From positions 2,108,001 through 2,172,000 of the forward strand of contig NW_024704771.1 of the NCBI RefSeq assembly GCF_018977255.1: 64,000 nucleotides of DNA, in the 5' to 3' direction. Position numbers and translations under genes: made by a program. The stretch is from Callorhinchus milii (Eukaryota). Shown in pieces: positions 56,711 through 64,000 of the stretch (position 1 is its first letter; every line of letters begins with the position of its first letter). The notes under the pieces were generated by a model. It saw only the letters and a list, made by a program, of their open reading frames with translations. It was not told the DNA's origin and made no database searches.

Positions 56711-59700
56711 CTGAATGAGAAACAGAAACAATACGATTAATACCGGTCCCCACTGCAGTGTTACTGACTCTGTGCTCACCGACACGTCTCACACATCGCA
56801 GATTCCTGTGCGTCACTGAAACAGACAAAGGCGGTGGATGTGAACCTTCTGGTGGGGCTGAGTGTTTATCCCCTGTGAGATGAGGACGGGCCGATGAACG
56901 CACTTCGCCGAGGATTGAGGGACAAGAGGGGACCTGCAGTTGCCATGGGTTGGGGCTGCTCGGAGGACTGACTATCGACTCCTGTGGGCTCAGGGCTTTC
57001 CGCTCCCCTCTCCCCTTAAAGAGGTGTCTGTACATAGATTTGGGAGGAGCTGAGCCCCCTCTAGCCCTGGCCACCCAACCCCTATGGAAACATACTTCTT
57101 GCTTTCAGGAGCTGAGGAGTGAATCTCAAACTTATCGCCATGGTCACCTCCCCTCCCACAGCCCAAGTTTGGTGATTGACTCTCTCTGTAAAGTGCTCTG
57201 AGATGTTATTCTCTACAAAAGTGTTGTATCAATGTAAGTTCTGAATAATAATAATAATTGTTGATTGTGATTTGTGGGAGAACACGACAACACATTGCGC
57301 CCAGCAACGTCCCACACACCGTGAAGTGAACAATCAATATTATCTGTGGATTATTGGCCAGGACACTACGAGAATTCCCTTCTTTTCAAATAGCACCGCA
57401 AGATTTTAACATCCACCTGAACGGGTGTAAATGTCTGATGGTCGGCAACTCCATCAATACAGCACATCGCCTGCCCTGCAATGGAGTGTCAGCCAAGACC
57501 AGGGCTCTCCATCCGGTCGATCACACAGGGTGGGCACTCCCACAGGGGATCGAACTCTTTCATTATTTTGGCTAATTGAAAACAAACCAGATGCAACAAG
57601 TATTTCATGAATCTCAAAATAGAATACAAACTAAATTATACAAAGCGAGGTAAAAAGTAGTAAACTGTGAGGAGATTAGTAGCAGACTGCAAGAGGACAT
57701 AGACAGACTGGTGAAATGGGCAGACACGTGGCAGATGAAAGAAAAATGTGAAGTGATACATTTTGGGAGGAAGATTGAGGAGAAGCAATATAAGCGAGAT
57801 GATACAATCTTAAATGGGTGCAGGAACATAGAGACCTGGGGGTGCACAGAAGCAAACTGTTGAAGATGGCAGACAGGTAAAGCTGTTAAAGCATGGTACC
57901 ATGAATGAGGGAATTCAGAGGCTAGAGATGCTAGGATTATTCTCCTTGGGGCAGAGACGATTAAGGAGAGATGTAAGGATAGAGGTTTTGAAAGAGGATT
58001 CGATGGGGTGAACAGGGAGAAACTGTTTCCACTGGTGGGTGGGTCAGTAACCCGAGGACACAGATTTATAATAGTTGCCAAAAGAACCAGAGGGGAGTTG
58101 AGAAGAAATTTTTTCATTATTCAATATTTGGGGACAACAAATGTGCAAACGTGAAGTGGGATTAATTTGGACAGCTCTTTCAAAGAGCCGGCACGGACAC
58201 CATAGGCCGAATGGCCTCCTTCTGGGCTGTATAATTCTATGATTCTATGATAACGTTTTTTCCTGTTTATGAGTGTCCCCTAATCTCCATCTCCGTGCAT
58301 ATCCTCCCAATGTGAAAGGTGCTTTACAGGCTGACCTCGGTATAACGAACGCTCTGGGGACTTGGGAATGGAGCATTATATCTCGGTGTTGCTATAAACA
58401 TTTAATAGTGAAATGGCAGAATGTTACACATGGTGAGCAGTCACCACCTGAAGGGGAAGAGGAGCTGGTGAATGGGGGGAAGGAGAGCTGACTGTCCGAG
58501 TGGCCATCCCGTGCTCTCACTCTCTGGTGCTTGGATCTCCCTCCAGCCCAACTCCATGTTTGTATTGATATGTTGATTGGCTGCTGAGCTCCATGAGATT
58601 GGCTGTTGAGCACCAATGCCATATTGACTTGACTGCAGATAGTTATATCAGGGGCTGAGCTGATACAGTGATCATTGTATTGGGGTGAGAATCAATAGGG
58701 AAAAACGGGTCTCAGTGTTGAATGAGCTTTAACCTGGAGGGATCGTAATAAGAAGGTGTCGTTATACAGAGGTGAGGCATCAGCTTGGCCTGTCTCAATT
58801 GTATGCTATAAAATATACAGCCTTACATATTTTCCTGGCAAATATTAATCAATATAATATTGCATTCAATAAAGCATCTTTCACAGCTTCAAAGCGTCTC
58901 TTCGTGCTTCACAGGAATTTTACTGTGAAGTATATTAATGTTACTGTATTTTGTTGGCTGATATGACGGTCAATTTGGGTACAACAATGTCCACCAAACA
59001 GCCGTGAAGTGAATCAGCAATTGTTATCTGGAGGATTGCGGTCAGGACAGTACAGTACAGTACAGGCTGCCTACCTGCCGCGTCTCCAGACACCCACACA
59101 TCACAGGCAGAAACGTGGCTTTTCTCCTGGTTTTCCAGCAACGTGCGAAGCTGTCCTTACCCCAGTGCTGAGAGTCGTCTCAATGTCTTATTGTGTTTGA
59201 TACCAACAACAAGTGACACAGACAGCAACAACAGCAGAACAACAAGAATAACCCAGTGATACCTTCCACCTGAAACAGATTGGAAATGTAGTTAAATAAG
59301 AACAATAAAACAATAATTCTTGGATTTGATACAGCGACTTTCAGACAGAGGACGTCTCAAAGCTGGTAAAGCCCAAAGTATGTAAAACTCTCTTCTCTTT
59401 TGCAACAGTGCCACCGGATGTTTCAAGTCCTCCTGAACAGGCACAGATGGAACCTTAATTTCACCTTCAAACAACATGACACCCCCTCCAGCACTACATT
59501 GCAATGTCATCGGAGACAGGAGTTCCAAACTCTGATTCACAGCCACTGACCCAGAGGTAAGAGTGTGACTGTTGGAGTCAGGATGAAGCACAATTATCCT
59601 CCAATTAGCCTCCAACCCTCCTGCCCCCTCACCAACCTTTTAGCTAAAATCAAGTGTACATTCTCCCTCGTGTATTGGATTTCCTGTTAAATGCCCTGAT

Positions 59701-62700
59701 GTCAGGTTGTGTCAGTGTAGGATTGTTCTCTCTCTCTCTCACCTGCTGAGCCGCTGTCAGGGCACAGATCTGTAGTGACTGGCTCGCTGGCTGTCTGGCT
59801 GACCGGGTTGTGAGCCACACACGTGTAGCTGTCTCGCTCCCGCCCCGTGACGTTGCTCAGATGTAATGTAGTCCCATTGTAGACGACTGTATTACCAGCA
59901 AAGCCCAAAACTTTCTCCCAGTGAAGCAGTGGGTTTGTACCGTTGGGAGCAGAGCAGGTCAGAGTGGCAGCTGGCACAGAGCAGTTAGTGGTTACCTTCA
60001 CCACGGGCTGGGCCACGGGCTCTGAAACACACAATGTCACATCAATGTCAATATCACACAGTAAATGTCACTCTTTACACAACATTGTTTGCTCAGTTGG
60101 GTGTCCGGCTCACCCATTCACTATTCAAACCCCTTCAGTCGGGTTTCCGTGCTGCCCATAGCACAGAAACTGCCCTGGTCAAGGTCACCAATGACATCCT
60201 GACCATCTGTGACCAGGGCTCCCTCTGCCTCCTCGTCCTCTTCGGCCTATCGGCAGCATTCGATACGGTCGAACACGCTATCATCCTCCACCGCTTGTCC
60301 TCCCACCTCAACCTTCAAGACCCTGTCCTTGAGTGGTTTAGGTCGTACCTCTCCCACCATCTTCACTTTGTTTCCACGAATGGCTTTTCCTCCGGCCCCC
60401 GCACTGTCTCGTGTGGTGTCCCTCAAAGCTCTGTCCTCCGTCCCCTCCCCTTCACCCTCTATATGCTCCCCCTGTGGTAACATCATCCGTAGACATGGGG
60501 TTAACTTCCACATGTCTGCGGATAACACCCAACTCTTCCTGTCCTCCTCTACCCTCAACTCCACGACCCCCGATGTCCTGACAGCTGCCTGTCCGACATC
60601 GAGTCCTGGACGAGAGACAACTTTCTTCAGCTCAACGTGCGTAAAACTGAGGCCCTCCTGATTGGCTCGCGTCAGCGCCTCCGCACCTCAGGCACTGACA
60701 ACATCAGCATCCAAGGCTGCACTCTCCACCTCTTAAAGCAGTCAGGAACCTCGGGGTTCTGTTCGACCCTGAGCTGTCCTTTCTCCCTCATATCCGCACC
60801 ACAACTGGCACCGCCTTCCATCACCTCCGGAACATCGCCAGACTACGGCACTACCTCACCCCTCACGCTGCTGAAACTCTGGTCAACCCTTTATCACCTC
60901 AAGGCTGGACTATGGGAACTCTCTCCTCGCCGGCCTTCCCGGCCCTCCCTCCACACTGCAGGTCATTCAGAACTCTGCAGCTTGTGTATGTCCCGCACCA
61001 GACACCGCGACCACATCACTCCCACCCTCGCTCGCCTCCACTGGCTCCCCATCCCCCAGAGGATAGAATTCAAGATCCTCAACCTCACATACAAAGCCAT
61101 TCATGGCCTCGCTCCCTCCTACCTCTCCAACCTACTATCCCCCTACCTACCTGCCCGTACCCTCCGTTCCTCTGGCTCCGGTTTGCTCCACGTCCCCTGC
61201 CCCAACCGCCCTACCATCGGTGGCCGGGCCTTCAGCCTCTCAGCCCATAGGCTCTGGAACTCTATCCCCCAGTGCCGTCGCCGCTTCCTCCCTTTCCTCC
61301 TTCAAGGCCGGTCTCAAAACCTTTCTCTTTGACCGAGCCTTCAGCTCCCCTCTCGACTCTCTACCCCCTCCTCGTTCCCTCCCTTCCCTCCCCTCACCCT
61401 GACCATTTCCCCCTTGCTCGGGTCCTGACCCAACTGTACAGTGCCTTGGGACGTCCTCCTGACGTGAAAGGCGCTCTATAAATGGAAACTTGTTGTTGTT
61501 GTGGAAACCCATCACTGTACTTGTGAAGGTCCAAACCAGATTGGGAGCATCTCTTTAAAGAGACAGTGATATAAAATATTAATGCTACATTTAATGCGGA
61601 GCCCAATAACAGTGGATTCCTGTAGCTCAGCGGTTAGAACCCTCTGAGAAGGCAAGTGACAGACCTGGGTTTGATTCCCGGCAGGCGAAATGTTGGGCAA
61701 GTTTCCGTACTGCACACACCTTTGTTTACTTAGCAGTAAGTAGGAACCCGGTTGTTTGTTAATTGGTGGATTGCTTTATCGGGGGTTACATTTTTTTTAG
61801 ATTGGGCACTCAATCAATGACTGTTTGTGGGATACTGCTGTGTGCAATTGGCTGCCGCATTTTGGGCACAAGATATACAATCAATTCACTTTACTGTATA
61901 TTCTGTGATAAGGTGCTATATCAAAAAGGATTACCATTATTGTTATAATAATCCCTGCATTTTATATATTGCCTTAAAAGACTCTGAGATGCTGCGTTGC
62001 GAGCAGAGTGCTACATAAGTGCAAGTTGTTCTTGTATCATATGGAGATGATTCAAAGCACATATTCAAATGTAAATTGCTGCGTTCATCTACTAACACAC
62101 CGTCTTATCGTGAAATTCTGTTAAGTACAGAATTGAGTGAACTGTGGTTTACTCACAGTTGACTGTGTATTCTGTGGATGAAACCCAGCACAATTACTAA
62201 TGGTTTTCACCCACAGAATACACAGTTTACTCACAGGAACTGCACACAGTCATTAAGTGAGTGAGGATTTTTATCCAGAGGATTGTTGACCAGGACACCG
62301 GGAGGGAAACTCCCTTTTCTTTTCAAATAGGCTCTCAGCAACTCCAACAATGTAACGCTGTTTTAATGATTCTGGAATTCAGTGCCAATGTGGGGTCTTG
62401 AACCAACAACCTCCTGACTCAGAAACGAGAGGAAGCCTAACCGAGTCAGGCCAGCACTCACCAAAGACTTTCAGATGAAATGTGAGCTGGTCTCTCTGCC
62501 GCAGCACCGCTCCCAGGTAGTTTGTTTGGATGCGATATTCTGCACTGTCTTCCATGTGCACATTTTTAAGTAACAAAGAGCCATTGACTGTGAGCTGAAC
62601 CCGGTCTCTATAGAGAGGATGGACAATATGTGCATTTCCTATAGAGAAGGGCTGATCAGAATTCCAGCCGAGGATTTTAATTGAGTATGGGCTTTCCCGG

Positions 62701-62833
62701 CGAGCTGTCACTTCGTATTTCATGTTGTTGTCGTGAATTACAGGGAACTGGACGTCTTGCCCGACGGAGAGATTGGTGACAGTGTCCGGGATGGCCCACA
62801 CAGCCGGGCTGCCCAGTCTGGCACAGAGCAGGA
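56617..62833 (-). CDS. CD2/SLAM-family receptor (IgV-IgC2-TM-short tail ending YxxL); leader exon not located
   Basis: Exons 62833-62462, 60021-59743, 59269-59161, 56815-56780, 56710-56617, all AG/GT with consistent phases (1,1,2,2) and no stops. The V domain lacks the B/F-strand cysteines; the C2 domain has four Cys. Confidence 0.85.
56780..56815 (-). CDS. Cytoplasmic exon (36 nt)
   Basis: tttcag|...DAQESAMCETCR|gtgagc; phase 2-2. Confidence 0.72.
59161..59269 (-). CDS. CD2/SLAM-like transmembrane exon (109 nt)
   Basis: tttcag|GGRYHWVILVVLLLLLSVSLVVGIKHNKTLRRLSAL GG|gtaagg. Confidence 0.85.
59743..60021 (-). CDS. CD2/SLAM-like IgC2 exon (279 nt)
   Basis: EPVAQPVVKVTTNCS...TLTCSA...W...DSYTCVAHNPVS...DLCP|gtgaga. 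Confidence 0.92.
60085..61503 (+). mobile_element. Young L2 insertion in the intron between the IgV and IgC2 exons, antisense to the gene
   Basis: [19 protein letters not shown]; GVPQSSVL; 3'UTR and (GTT)n; very similar to 44220-45583. Confidence 0.92.
62462..62833 (-). CDS. CD2/SLAM-like IgV exon (372 nt)
   Basis: VGQDVQFP...YRDRVQLTVNGSLLLKNVHMEDSAEYRI...TFHLKVF|gtgagt. Confidence 0.9.
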
Positions 62834-63499
62834 CTGAAAGAGGAGAAACACAGCAAAACATTACAAAGTGCAACACGACTAAGAGGTCCTGAGGTGGGGT
62901 TTGTTGGTGAGTCTACAGTGAGTGGACAGAAACATACAGTTGCCAGCAGCGGATCTAAAAGGGGGTCTTTTCACAGAGGATGGTGAAGAGTGTGGAATCC
63001 ATTAAAACCTATGATTGAAGGTAATAGCATCAACCTGTTTAATTCTAACCGTCAGCCTCCATCCCAATCTCACACCAAGTGCAGCAAACCCCTTATTCAC
63101 ACCTTTGTTAACTCCAACATGATTTCTCAAGCTCTCGTCACTGCTCTCCCCAGTTCCACCATCCACAAGACATACAAAACTCTGCTGCCCGTGTTCTCAT
63201 CCACACTAAACTTCACCAATGAGACATTAAACCGAACTCCCCAACTGCCTGTTCAAGTGGACGTTAATGATAGGGTGACCAGACATCCTCATGGACAGTC
63301 CCTGGATGAGGTGTAGTGCCTCTGGCTAAAATGTGTCCCTGTCGAGTTCAACAACAAACAGAGCAAGAACAACAACATCCTAAACCAGATACACTCCTCA
63401 GAGAAACACAGCCATTAATCCAACGAGCTTCTCCAGTAACCGCCAGCATCAGCAATTGTAGGGAATTCAAGTTTTGTTGTATATTGTTCCCAGATTTGG

Positions 63500-64000
63500 T
63501 TTGCAAAACATGGTCACTTTATTCTATCAGGACATCAGTGGTCCTGGAGTTGAGTGTGGAGGTACAGAGATAGAGTTGGGTGTCATCCACATAAATGTGG
63601 AAGTTGACCGCATGGCTGTGGATGATGTCACCAAGAGGAAACATGAAGATATTGGAGAGGAGGGGACCAAGGACAGAGCCCTGAGGAACCCCACATGAGA
63701 CTGTGTGAGGACTAGAGGAGAAACTGTTTGTGAAGATGAAGTGGAGACAGTGTGAGAGGTAGGATCTGAACTATTCACGGACAGAACCATGAAGGTGTGG
63801 TGAGCGGAGAGGTGGTGGAAGAGGATAGAGCAATCAACGGTTTCAAAGGTAGCAAAGAACAAAAGGAGGCAGAGGGAGCCCTGGTTGCAGATGGACAAAA
63901 TGTCATTTTTCACTTTCAGCAAAGCTGTTTCTGTGCTGTGGGCAACATAGAAACCTGATTAGAGGGGTTTGTGAAGGGAGCGGTGGGAGAAGAGAGAGCA
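63500..64000 (-). mobile_element. Degenerate L2 RT fragment
   Basis: LKVKNDILSICNQGSLCLLL...; FMWMTPN/YVDDTQL region. Confidence 0.7.

Noticed and set aside
59075-59160. Tailless receptor isoform by read-through of the TM donor (GGG TAA), or an extra exon ending at 59075
   Set aside because: In-frame stops after donors are common; the extra exon would need a ~30-nt intron.

Overview
Vertebrate genomic DNA. The L2, CR1 and tRNA/Deu-type SINE content suggests a cartilaginous fish (inference). There are three assembly gaps: 25893-26807, 51841-52070 and 53623-54305. The window is a compact immune-gene cluster. It holds the 3' two-thirds of an intronless HSP70 that ends EEVH instead of EEVD, and two RING-Bbox-coiled-coil-B30.2 TRIM genes arranged as an inverted, tail-to-tail duplicate, each with one 2-nt frameshift in a different exon. 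It also holds an intact 7-exon butyrophilin (signal-IgV-IgC-TM-B30.2, 455 aa) and a CD2/SLAM-family receptor on the minus strand whose leader exon was not found. Three observations stand out. The BTN B30.2 exon is closely related, in mosaic fashion, to the two neighbouring TRIM B30.2 exons. Both TRIMs lost the ancestral stop through a shared 1-nt deletion and now take their last codons and stop from a SINE head. HSP70, TRIM, BTN and CD2/SLAM within 64 kb resemble an MHC or MHC-paralogous region. The rest is L2/CR1/SINE repeats, a Tigger/pogo relic, minisatellites, local segmental duplications, CpG-island promoters and CTCF-like sites. Exon structures were read by hand from splice sites, phases and the ORF track; no database search was run.
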